Of a stretch of 64,000 nt of DNA, positions 38,401-64,000 are shown one piece after another. Below the pieces are notes generated by a model that was not told where the DNA came from, ran no database searches, and worked only from the letters and a program-made list of their open reading frames with translations. Position 1 is the first letter of the stretch, and every line of letters starts with the position of its first letter. This DNA is from Hormiphora californensis (Eukaryota; Animalia; Ctenophora), in assembly GCA_020137815.1 (NCBI GenBank), contig CM035355.1, forward strand, positions 1,612,001-1,676,000, read 5' to 3'. The translations under genes were made by a program, and so were the position numbers.

Positions 38401-39582
38401 ACAAAAAGATCTGTCTAGCGCCGGCAGACCCTGTTTTAATTCTCAAAACGGGGTCTGGTGATTGTGTGCTCAGATCGGGTCGGTGCTGCCTGACAGGAAA
38501 AGATTTGATCGAATATAATTTGTAATTCTCCTTCACAACTTGAAATTATTTCAGGAACAAGCCAGGGGACAGATTGGTGGAGTTACGAATAGCATTTTCT
38601 ATCATGTCTCTACTTGGTAAGAAGCAATAAACCTTGCAGGATACCAATCAAACATTCCAGCAATGGAATCAATAACTTTTCTGACTTTCGAGAAAATATC
38701 AGGTTATCATTTAGAGTTAACTGAAAACAAATCATTTCAGGTCTGACGTGGTTGTTTGGTATCATCCAGGTTGTAGCACCACACATAATCATACAGTATT
38801 TCTTCGCTATCACCAACACACTTCAGGTAACTTTTTTGCAAGAAAACTAACACTAACATCCAAAATTTAATCAGCTAAGTATCTGGCGAGCCGCGAGTTT
38901 TGTCGAGCTAGGCAACAAGTTGCTATATACTAACCAAAATCTTTTCAGGGTGTAGCAGTGTTTGTATTCTACTGTCTCTACAACAGTAACATCAGAACGG
39001 CCCTGTGGAGGTTGCTGCACGGCCAACCCCTCAACCCCAAATCAATGAGCAGTGCCAGCAATCAGAAAAAGAAGAAACCTACGAGGAGCATACGAAAAAC
39101 GGTGGCAAGGAAAATCAGCATCGTCAAATTCCATGTAAGGCACTGAAATTTTCAGATAGAATAATTCACGTTATGATGAATAATTGTTAGTTAAATTGCC
39201 ATCCTCACTCTCCCAGATCGATGGAAACCCGTTCGCCTTTTCACTCGGAGCAATGGCTACCGATAACGCAGACGGCCAGCCACGCAAACAAATGGACCGG
39301 AAGGAATGGAAGAAGCTGAAGAAGAGCTATGATATCCAACACACTAACGACAAATTATCAACCTGTAACGGAACCGGTGCAACCGTTATAAGATCTGTAG
39401 AGACAGAAGGACTAACAACACTAACATCAATCAACAGTTTATCATATCCCTCGCCCCTCTCCAATAGAAGTAATTCAACCGATCTAAAAAGAATTGATGA
39501 GGAGGGTAACGAAAATAGATCCCGGGGTTCATCTTTTACAAAGTTAGACAATGAGAGAGAAGAATTGGTGCACCGGATATGA
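29474..39582 (+). CDS. Adhesion GPCR: signal peptide - pentraxin/LamG - 3x FN3 - HRM - GAIN/GPS - 7TM - Ser-rich tail
   Basis: Signal MVLWLTLLLLSLIS. Pentraxin: WYHWCVSW..VYFNG, FAGQLAALQVYSRVLTAKEI. FN3: DLEPETLYSVKV, GLAPNTMYTIRL, YLDPENSYTVSL. HRM: YCHKE..FTWP..PC..RQC..W..DYSAC. GPS: CVFW..WSTEG..CETEHL/TSF. 7TM: IGASISITCL, KIHINF, HYFFLCSFLWMGVEG, CWL, LLGLTWLFG, NTLQG. Confidence 0.93.
30178..30268 (-). mobile_element. Family A mini-transposon
   Basis: Perfect TSD TAAATCCA. Confidence 0.85.
30474..31165. mobile_element. Hairpin-ended non-autonomous element in an aGPCR intron (Crypton-like structure)
   Basis: Hairpin CTTATAACACGAGACCGAAGGTCGAGTGTTATAAG at left; TGAAAACTTATAACAC / GTGTTATAAGTTTTCA repeated at right; GAGCCTGCGAG three times. 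Confidence 0.55.
38411..38496 (+). mobile_element. 86-bp mini-transposon, family B (CTGTC..GACAG)
   Basis: TSD AAAAAGAT/GAAAAGAT; related copies at ~34670-34726, ~37041-37103 and ~13392-13442. Confidence 0.7.
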
Positions 39583-40090
39583 TCAGTTTTAAGTTTAGTT
39601 TCAATTTTTAGACTGAGTCTACAATAATGTGACATGTTTTATTTATTCCTGTGAAACTGATTGGTCTGGCATTGGAGAAAGGGTACCGGTCTACATTACT
39701 TGGATGGATCATGGCACATTTCAATTTTTCTCTGATGTTATGGAGTATGGCTGTCGTTTTAGTCGGTACACATCTCACATCTCTCGAGCTACTATTCACG
39801 ACACCAACTGTCAGCCGCTATTGCGGCAGCTTCTATGATCCAGAACTCCTTACGATACGTTAGAGTGGCTGTTACCGCAGCTCAGGCCTCAGCTTCACGC
39901 TCAGATTTGACAATCGGAACGGATTCTAAGGCGCCAACAGACCGCCTTTACTTCTTCTTTCTACCAACCAACAGCTTATCTGCACTGTTAAATGATTGAT
40001 AGGAGGGAAGGAATCAGGACTTACAAGAACCAGGGTGGCGGCAAAAACCACGTGTTTCCGGTTCCCGCCCTTTTCGTATTTATTTTCATA

Positions 40091-40626
40091 AGGAACCATA
40101 ATAAAGTTCAAGAGCCTCCAAGAGCACCCAAGAGCGTACCCGATCAAAGAGAGACCACACCTGAGAGCGCACCACACCCAAAAGAGACCACATCCAAGAG
40201 CGCACCACCTCCAGAAGACACCACTTCAAGAGCGCACCACATCAAAGAGAGCTCCCCATCCAGAAGATACCACGCGCAGGGGACACCACGCGCAGAAGAG
40301 ACCAGCGCGGCGTTGTATTTGCGCGTGCGGTCTCTTCTGCGCGTGGTGTCCCCTGCGCGCGGTATCTTCTGGACGGGGAGCTCTCTTTGATGTGGTGCGC
40401 TCTTGGAGTGGTGTCTTTTGGAGGTGATATACTCCATTTTTTTTCAACTGTTCACCCCCCAAAGTCGTGCGCGGAATTGTTTTGCGCGTTTATCACATGT
40501 TAACGTGTAGCGCGCGCCACCCAAATTCTAATTTTTATCAAATTTCAGATTTTGGGTGAACAGTTGAAAAAAAATGGACTTTACGCTCTTGGATGGGGTG
40601 CGCTCTTGAACTTTATTATGGTTCCT
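40091..40626 (+). mobile_element. Palindromic MITE (AGGAACCATAATAAAGTTCAAGAGC TIR), copy 1, with nested 152-bp MITE
   Basis: 25-bp TIR and TA flanks; near-identical to 57956-58337 except for the insertion at 40430-40581. Confidence 0.9.
40430..40581 (+). mobile_element. 152-bp MITE with asymmetric termini (TACTCC...GGACTT)
   Basis: Inverted arms TCCATTTTTTTTCAACTGTTCACCC; TA on both sides; the empty site is visible in host copy 2 (GGAGGTGGTACGCTC). Confidence 0.88.
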
Positions 40627-41045
40627 TATGAACTTTTTCGCGCGCATTTCTATTGAAAAAGACGCAGAGAAGTCAAATCTGTCAATGATCGCGCGTTCCA
40701 TGAAAATACTTTAAAATCAGTCAAAACTCCAGTTTCCATTCTCAAAATTGAAAAAGCTTAAAAATTCTCAGAACACAATATAAATCATTTTACTAGCGAT
40801 CACAAGCCCGTTATGCTACACCAATAACCTAGCTATTTCTCTTCTCTCTCTCAGCATTCTACGCTCACCGACAATCTCTAAGACAGAGATCGTCGGAGAG
40901 CCAACAGACACACCCACAGCACGCAGCAGCAATAAGTTAACTTTTATCAACCTTATCCTTTCCTTTAACCTTCAATTCTACCAATAAACAAATTTACAAA
41001 AACCTATAGGGCCGATCTGCTAACTACAGACACAAACTCGCTCTT

Positions 41046-41135
<90 letters not shown>

Positions 41136-41177
41136 ACTCCCCTCTCTTCTGGATAAACTACACACGGTGTATTTTCA

Positions 41178-56423
<15,246 letters not shown>

Positions 56424-57389
56424 TACATACCCCTCGTTATATTGACTATATCCTATATCAGGAGGTGTATAAATTAGGAAGATATTCATATCAGGAAATA
56501 TAAATTAGGGAGACTGGGCGAGAGATCAATAATTAACAATGTGTGGGGCCATAATTCACTGACACTTTCAGATGTCCATGAAAAAGCTGTTGATCATCAT
56601 ACCGTCAAATAATTTGATATAATATTGTCTAATCCTCTTTTACAAATTCTGTAAAAGCTCTCTGCCATGACGTTGTCATACACTGACTGTACAACGCGAG
56701 GCCGCTCACGTAGAAGAGGAGGGTCTTATATGAGACTACCATGACGGGGTGCAGTGAGAGAGGGGTCGTTGGTCAAGCAAGTCAACACTCAACAACTAAA
56801 ATTCTCAACGGATCTTGCGTCAAACACAATTGGCTACAAGTTACAACACAAGCCACGTATTCACGGAAGGTAGTAAATTAGTCAAGACTTAATATTGCAC
56901 CTAAGGCAAGCCTCCATTGCACCTCTGAGGGTCCGGGGTTGAGACATATCCCGGTGACGTCTCCGGTCTCCCAATCCCCAAAGACGTCCCAGAGGCGGGA
57001 GGCCAGAGATTTCCAGCTGGAGGATTACAATACATGCACCGACTAGGACGTAATCGAAAGCCAGAAAAGTGATTCAGTGACAATTTAGAGTGACAGTAGG
57101 TTGCGTCTCGAAAGGTGCATCTATCAAAATCCTCAAGCTGAGACGTCCCAACTCCCAGGGGGGCAGGGGGAGGCCGTCATTCAGAATTTGGAAAAATTCT
57201 AAAAGGTTTTTATCAATTACTGTGTTTGCTGAACAGCTAGCATTCTTAGCTTCGGCATACTCCCAGCAAAGAGTAGCACAGGCGAGTCAGTCCTCGAGGC
57301 GCGGGCGGAGGGTTTGGCCTATGCTACAGGCCCTATTGGCAAACGTTGCTGGCGCAGCGCGGGATAAGGCAGCGCTTTTCAACAGGCCC

Positions 57390-57538
57390 TAGGATTTTTT
57401 GAAACTGTCACCCCAAAATGACCGCGCATGTGAAATTTATCAATTTTGACGCGCACACCACACGTTAACATGTGATGTGACGCGCAAAAACATTCCGCGC
57501 ACGAAAAGGGGGGTGACAGTTTCAAAAAATCCGACTTT
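57390..57538. mobile_element. Related MITE (GGATTTTTTGAAACTGTCACCCC arms)
   Basis: Inverted arms at 57392-57414 and ~57510-57532; shares the core CACGTTAACATGTGAT..ACGCGCAAAA..TTCCGCGCACGA with the 152-bp MITE. Confidence 0.75.
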
Positions 57539-57555
57539 ATATGCTACAGGCCCTA

Positions 57556-57707
57556 AAGTCCATTTTTATTCAACTGTTCACCCTCCAACTCGTGCGCGTG
57601 CGATATTTTAATTTACGCTGCGCGCGCTACACGTTAACATGTGATAGACGCGCAAAACATTTCCGCGCACGACTTTGGGGGGTGAACAGTTGAAAAAAAA
57701 TGGAGTA
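57556..57707 (-). mobile_element. 152-bp MITE, second copy in reverse orientation
   Basis: TA|AAGTCCATTTT..AAAATGGAGTA|TA; same length and a shared core with 40430-40581. Confidence 0.85.
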
Positions 57708-57955
57708 TAGAAGCCGTGGAAAACGCGCGCACTTGGGGTCTGCAGCGCATGCCAAGCGGAGGGTTTGTTTTGGAAAAAGTTGGCAAACGTTGCTGGCCCC
57801 CAGCGCGGGATAAGGCAGCGCTTTTCAATGGAAAAAGGCGAAGTTTGTGAAACATTTTTTGAAACCAGAATTTTGAATTTTCAAGCACTGAGGTGCAGCG
57901 CAGTGTCAATATTTTCTGCGCGCTACGTTTATTTGAGTAAATGCCGCGCTAAATA

Positions 57956-58337
57956 AGGAACCATAATAAAGTTCAAGAGCCTCCAAGAGCACCCAAGAGC
58001 GCACCCTATCGAAGAGAGACCACACCTGAGAGCGCATCATACCCAAAAGAGACCACATCCAAGAGCGCACCACCTCCAGAAGACACCACTTCAAGAGCGC
58101 ACCACATCAAAGAGAGCTCCCCATCCAGAAGATACCACGCGCAGGGGACACCACGCGCAGAAGAGACCAGCGCGGCGTTGTATTTGCGCGTGCGGTCTCT
58201 TCTGCGCGTGGTGTCCCCTGCGCGCGGTATCTTCTGGATGGGGAGCTCTCTTTGATGTGGTGCGCTCTTGGAGTGGTGTCTTTTGGAGGTGGTACGCTCT
58301 TGGATGGGGTGCGCTCTTGAACTTTATTATGGTTCCT
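57956..58337 (+). mobile_element. Palindromic MITE (AGGAACC TIR), copy 2, uninterrupted
   Basis: Same TIR, TA flanks and internal AAGAGCGCACC-type subrepeats as copy 1. Confidence 0.9.
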
Positions 58338-58720
58338 TATTTAGAAATTTAGAGTGAAAACTATGCACTGTGCTTTTTTAAGATTTTAAAGATTTTTTAA
58401 AGATTTTTTCACTCGCCGAGTCAAAGTTTTTAAGCCTTTTTACCCCTCTTACAGCCCCCGGACCCTGCTCGGGGCCTAGCCCCCTACAGCCATGCCGAAC
58501 CTGTATCCCTGGGCCCTGTCATGCTTTTGGGGTATTCATCATCCGACATCCTGACGGTGGATGCCCCGGACGCACAGCCCACAGGTGTCAGCGACACGCC
58601 GGAGGCCCAGTGGTCAGCTCCCGGCTTCATCCCTAGCTTTGCACGATGTAGGAGGTTTCTAGTAAATAAATATTTACCATAAAATTTTATGGGGCGTTCG
58701 TGCTATGTTAGTTCGTAACC

Positions 58721-58879
58721 CCTGGACCCTGCCTGCGGGGGGTTTCACACGCCGAGGCTGCCGCCCCTGGCCCCGGACACCCAGGGACTTGCTCTGCGCC
58801 CCTGGACCCTGCTTGTGGGGGTTTTCACGCCCCCTGACCGAGGCTGCCGCCCCTGGCCCCGGACACCCAGGGACTTGCT
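58721..58879 (+). repeat. Two tandem GC-rich ~80-bp units
   Basis: CCTGGACCCTGC..CCGAGGCTGCCGCCCCTGGCCCCGGACACCCAGGGACTTGCT occurs twice. Confidence 0.85.
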
Positions 58880-59187
58880 GGGCCCAGCGCCGTCCATGGT
58901 TTGTACCGTGCATAGAATCCACTATCGTCTACCCACGTCCGATGCGGTGGGGGCGTCTTTTCAGTTTTTATATGTGTCGCTGTTAGCAATACCTATATTA
59001 ACTACCCAGACGGCTGCCCTAGATGTTCTACGGGTAACCGAAGCTGCCATCTATCATCAGTTTGTAGTTGTACAACCAACCCGGTCTACTTGTGGCATTA
59101 TCTCTAATTAACTATTCAACATTCTTAGTGTTTAGAGAAAGGAGTTTTCAATGAGTTAGCTGATCTGGAGTGCCTATGTGAGCCGTG

Positions 59188-60653
59188 ATGGGAGAGGAAG
59201 TGATAGCAGTAGCACGGTAAGATATAATATCCCTAACAGCAGGCCACTACACAGCTAATGTATGGACCTAATACCTATGTGTAAAACACTCCCACCGGAC
59301 AATACTAAGATGATATGAAATTGTAACACCCCCTTTTGTTCGCAGGTTTGATTACACGGCTAATCAGGACTCAGAGTTAACCATACAGAAACATGATAAG
59401 TTGATTGTCCTCGAGTCATCCAGCTCCTGGTGGAGGGTAGAAAATGAAAATCACATCTGCGGCTATGTACCCTCTAATTACATTGAGGTATGGATGTTAC
59501 ACGTGATGTTAAAGTGATATTGGATATATTTTATTTGTCCTGGTAACTCTTCTTCTTCATTATATATTTCCATCTACAGTTATCTCTTTTTCTGCCGTAT
59601 TTTACCCCCCCCCCTATCCATTTGCAGAAGGTAGATAAGTACAAAGAGTCGTTTTTTGATAAGTACTTTAGACGGCGGAAGAAGACAGTGACACACAGTA
59701 AACAAAGTCTAACCGAGCCACCCCCACCTGCACTGTTAAATATCCAAGCAACTGTGAAATTCAACTTCGAGGCATCACGACCTGATGAACTAAACTTGCT
59801 GAAAGGTATTGGGCAACATGTTGATTCTCTTGGCAACTAAACTTGATACTTGAAACCGGTTGAAACTTGAAATACATTCGTACAACAACTAGTCCCTATA
59901 ATTTGTACTATTTCAGGTGAGAAAGTATTGGTTCTGGTGAAACAGAAAGACGGATGGTGGAAGGGAGAAAAGGACGGGCAGACTGGATATTTCCCCTCTA
60001 ATTTTGTGTGTGAAGGGGATATAGGACCACCCCCTGAACATGCCCCAACGCCTCCCGTTCAGACAATACCTCCACCAACCCCAACTAACAATAACAACAA
60101 TGGGGCTACAACTCAGCAACAGTGCATCTTCGACCCTGACGATGTAAGATATGCCCAGCTTCAATACTCTCATGCTTTCAATACTCTTCATTCATTCTGT
60201 GTGTCTCGTATTGAATGTCCGCACGCTGGTCAAATCTTACCGATTTGCAGTAGCAGAATGAAGATACATAGCTGCAATGTGCACCAATTATAGTGGTTGC
60301 ATAGTTTGTTGTCTTAGTACTACACAACAATCTACACACTAGGCCATGACAATACATGCTCATAGTTCACACTCACGGACCATTTTACTTCCTCTATCTC
60401 TTGCTTGGTACAAAATATTATAGTTAACTGAGTTACACCGATAAGAGACAAATTGGTGTAACCTTTCTTTTTTAAAGAAATGAGAAGGTATTGAATGTTA
60501 TCCTACTCTGGGTCTAGTTTGGGGAGAAAAATGCCATGCCTTATTTTGGGATGAGGTGATCTTATATTTCTCTACTCAGTCGACCGTGATGATGGATCCT
60601 AAATCAGGGACGGAGGAGAGAGGGAGGAAGAGAGAGAGAGCAGGAGAGAAGGT

Positions 60654-60702
<49 letters not shown>

Positions 60703-62024
60703 CTGTAAAGTTAGTATCCGTTCAAGTATCAGGTAGCCCAACCCTATTCAGAATTACCTTATATGGATTACCCTGAACAAATTGAGGCCCGAGAATGATG
60801 CGGAGTCAGAGACCGAAATGATAAATTTAGAGAAATCTCTCTCTCTCTCTCTTTTCTCGAGAAGAACAAGAATTCGAGAAGTTGTTTGCATATAATATGA
60901 TAGAGTCTGAAGTGATACAAGTGTAGAGAGTAGTCTGAAAAAGAAAAGTGTCAAAAGTAAAAAGGAGTACATATTTTATTTATTATTTGTTGTCTAAGTC
61001 AACTTTCAAATTTCTTACTCTTCATTTTGTTTTTTCACACACTGGACAACTTATTCAGGATATAATGCTACGAGGCACATTTCACCCAATCATATACAAC
61101 CATGTTCCAGTTTATTGTAAGTTATCAGGTTCACCCCAATTTTACAATTCCCTGTTGTCGTTTGACACTGTCCAATTAAGATGACACCTATAATACTAAC
61201 ACGAGGTATTTCAGCACTGGGACTTTGTGTGCGGGGTGAGGGCTAAAGATACCTGCGAGGCGGCCTCCCCTAACGACCTAAGTTTTGTTATTGGTGAACT
61301 TATGGACATAGTACGGAACCCCACTGATGAACCAAAGTGGATCGCTAGAAAGGTATGTTACTATGACAACCAATTTGTTACTGTGGTAACCCTCAGAGAG
61401 GTAGAGCAGATCTGTTTAAAGGAATACCAGATTGTAATCTAAATGTAGATAAGAGAAATCATTCTGAGTTGTTGTTTTTATACCGTCAATAAAATATGAG
61501 ACTTGTATAAATTGTGCCACCTGGGTTAATTTCTCACAGTTCACTAGAGTTGATTAATCTTTGGTTGCGTCATAGTCAAGGAGAAGGGGCGTGAGAAGAC
61601 CGGAAGAGAGTCCCTTCACTGAAGGGCCGGGGCGAGATAGAGAGAGATAGAGGGAGAAAGGTGTCAGAAAGATCTCAAAATATATTATCTCCTTCTTATT
61701 ACGTAATGGTTCATATGACAATATCCGTTAATCTTGGTTTGAAAACAGAATAACGTCACTCCGTCCCCTGGTCATATTACGGCATTAATTGTCAAAATAA
61801 ACAAAAGTAGACAAATTTCGGGGGGGGGGGGGGGGGTGAGTTAATTAAAAAAATACCAATCTAAGTTGGTAATTACAACACAACTAACCAACTCTATTCC
61901 TTCAGTCGAGTGGCCAAGTTGGGTTTGTACTGAGACATATGGTTGATATTGTGCCCAATGCAGTACCGGTGTATTTCAACCCCAAACAGCAACCACCTCC
62001 CTCACCTCCTGTTCCACCCCCTGA
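59188..62024 (+). CDS. NCK: Nck-family adaptor (three SH3 domains; SH2 exons presumably beyond the window)
   Basis: Exons 59188-59216, 59346-59487, 59628-59805, 59917-60143, 61215-61352, 61906-62024. MGEEVIAVARFDYTANQDSELTIQK..SSSWWRVEN..GYVPSNYIE parallels the Nck N-terminus. SH3-2 has VKFNF..DELNL.KG..DGWWKG..GYFPSNFV; SH3-3 has MDIVRNPTDEPKW. Confidence 0.88.
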
Positions 62025-62313
62025 GTAAGTGATCTCCAATGTTAATATCCTCATTTTTCAGGTGTGGTTGATTGAACATTTAACTCTTGTCTAACTCAGA
62101 GGAAGTAGATAGTCGACATTTACATCATTTTATCCAAAAAGTGTCAAATCTTATCATCGACCTACTGTCTTTCGTCTTTTTATGTTCTAACATCTGGCAT
62201 GTGCTAAACGAGAAGAGTTCGGTTCCTTTTTTATCTTTTGTCATGTGAAAAGTTAGAAAATTGGGTGAGAAAAACTAAAAACCATAATTTATTGCCGATA
62301 ACTGTCAAACATA

Positions 62314-62424
<111 letters not shown>

Positions 62425-63679
62425 CTCTAGCTCTCTACCTCTCTCTCCCCTCACTCTCTTTCCTCCTCTATCTATCTATCTCTCTCTCTCTCTCTGACAG
62501 TGATGTATTGGTGATGTACTGCAGTTTTACGTTTTCCCTTCAGTCTTGTATCTATTACCCTTTCTGCCACTCTTTACCAAATGGAAATGAAAATTAATAA
62601 AAGAAAAACGGTATGAATAAAAATAGCAACACTTCACCCAGAATGCAATTTATAGCCATTATTCCAAGTATATTTGTATCATTATGTCTCTCCCTGCCAC
62701 ATATAATATCGGTACTAAATGTTTCTGGCAAGGCCCTGATACCCGAATTACCTAAAGTTGTTCTCTCATGTGCATTACCTCTCCTGTGCATGCGGTAAAT
62801 TGAGTTATTAATAAACTCTGCAGCGTCAAAAACCTGTCTCACATATATTATTTGACCTCATATCTCTCTCTTTGTCTCTTTGAAGGACCTAGTGAAATAC
62901 ACCCCCATTTATTAGAACGCCTCTAACACCCTGTGTTAATTCGTGTGGTTTTTGTATCCTCCTTTTGACAGCGCGATACTCTCCTTTCCTTTTCTTAGAA
63001 CAGAGTGTTTCCGTTGCCACCTTGTTTTCTGAAGTCTCCCTTTATCACGTGCGTGTTTAGAATGTGAATTCGTTGTAGTTGTGGTGTGATGTGTTTGATT
63101 GAGGTTTGGACGCATGTACACGTCGTCAGATAGTAAGTGAAGTTCCTCTATGTAGACAGTGTTCCTTTAACGTTCCGTTTAAGTGTTAAGTTTTCATTTT
63201 CCTGAATCCTCTCTCTCTTCTTTTTCTTCCTTCCTCTTTTCTACAGTTTCATCTGCACATCATGAGTCTACATCCCACTGTATTCTCTGCATATTCTACT
63301 TTCTCTACCAGCTATCTTTATCCCAGAAATATGTGTGTAAAAGAGAGAGGAAGAGAGAGGAAGAGAGAGAGAATAACTGAGAGAGGAGATGAAATATTTG
63401 CCGCTGACCTTGGAACAGTACATTCGCTGAAAATTTAGTCTTTGTTCTGTCTCTCTTGCTCACTCCAGTGCGTACGCGTCTACAGGCATAATTACTCAGA
63501 TGAACTATATACACGAAGCGTATTAAAGCTGCAAGAGAGCCGCAGAGAGAGAGAGCGAGAGATCATGATACTAGCTACGAGAGGAGATAGCGGGCGATGC
63601 AGAGTATATGACTAGTCTGATGCTGATGAGAGAGAGATCTCATTCTTATCTATCTAGCTGCTCTCTCTCTCTCTCTCTC

Positions 63680-63753
<74 letters not shown>

Positions 63754-64000
63754 TCTCTTCTGATTATCTAGGCAGTCATCAGTTAGTTATCAGCCAATAT
63801 AATATGCCTAAGTGGTTTGTATGTGACCACCGATACATCACAGAATATATCGGACATGTCTTCAGACCACAATATAATCGCTTAAACTGATATCAATTAT
63901 CATACACTAATTAGATACACTAATTACACTACGGTATAACAAATAGTCCAATGATTCATTCCAAACAACTCTTTCAAAAAACACCCGAGTCATCCATTTT

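Noticed and set aside
39926-40462. Overlapping ORFs of 78-132 aa
   Set aside because: They run through the palindromic MITE and have no transposase motifs.

Overview
This is compact, intron-rich animal genomic DNA with many short GT-AG introns, AG/CT microsatellites and antisense genes nested in introns. A ctenophore such as Pleurobrachia is my best guess, but that is inference only. Genes reconstructed by hand: the 3' end of an unknown membrane-protein gene (1-631); glutaminyl-tRNA synthetase (1098-5903), with a secreted F-type-lectin-like gene nested antisense in intron 10; two tandem J-domain/TM paralogs (6180-9197 and 9459-~12873). The second paralog is invisible in the ORF track and hosts two more antisense nested genes, a stand-alone transcobalamin beta-domain protein and a basic/coiled-coil protein. 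Further along are an IPNS-family 2OG-Fe(II) oxygenase (13465-15154), a ~14 kb repeat-rich gap, an adhesion GPCR with pentraxin-3xFN3-HRM-GAIN-7TM architecture (29474-39582), DOT1L (41178-56423, minus) and a 3'-truncated Nck ortholog (59188->62024). Non-autonomous DNA elements are abundant. They include three tiny families with YTGTY termini and 8-bp target duplications, one of which has directly repeated palindromic end units and a 23-bp 'solo' derivative. Region 52.3-54.5 kb is low-quality sequence, and single-base homopolymer over-calls probably explain the frameshifts seen in conserved genes.
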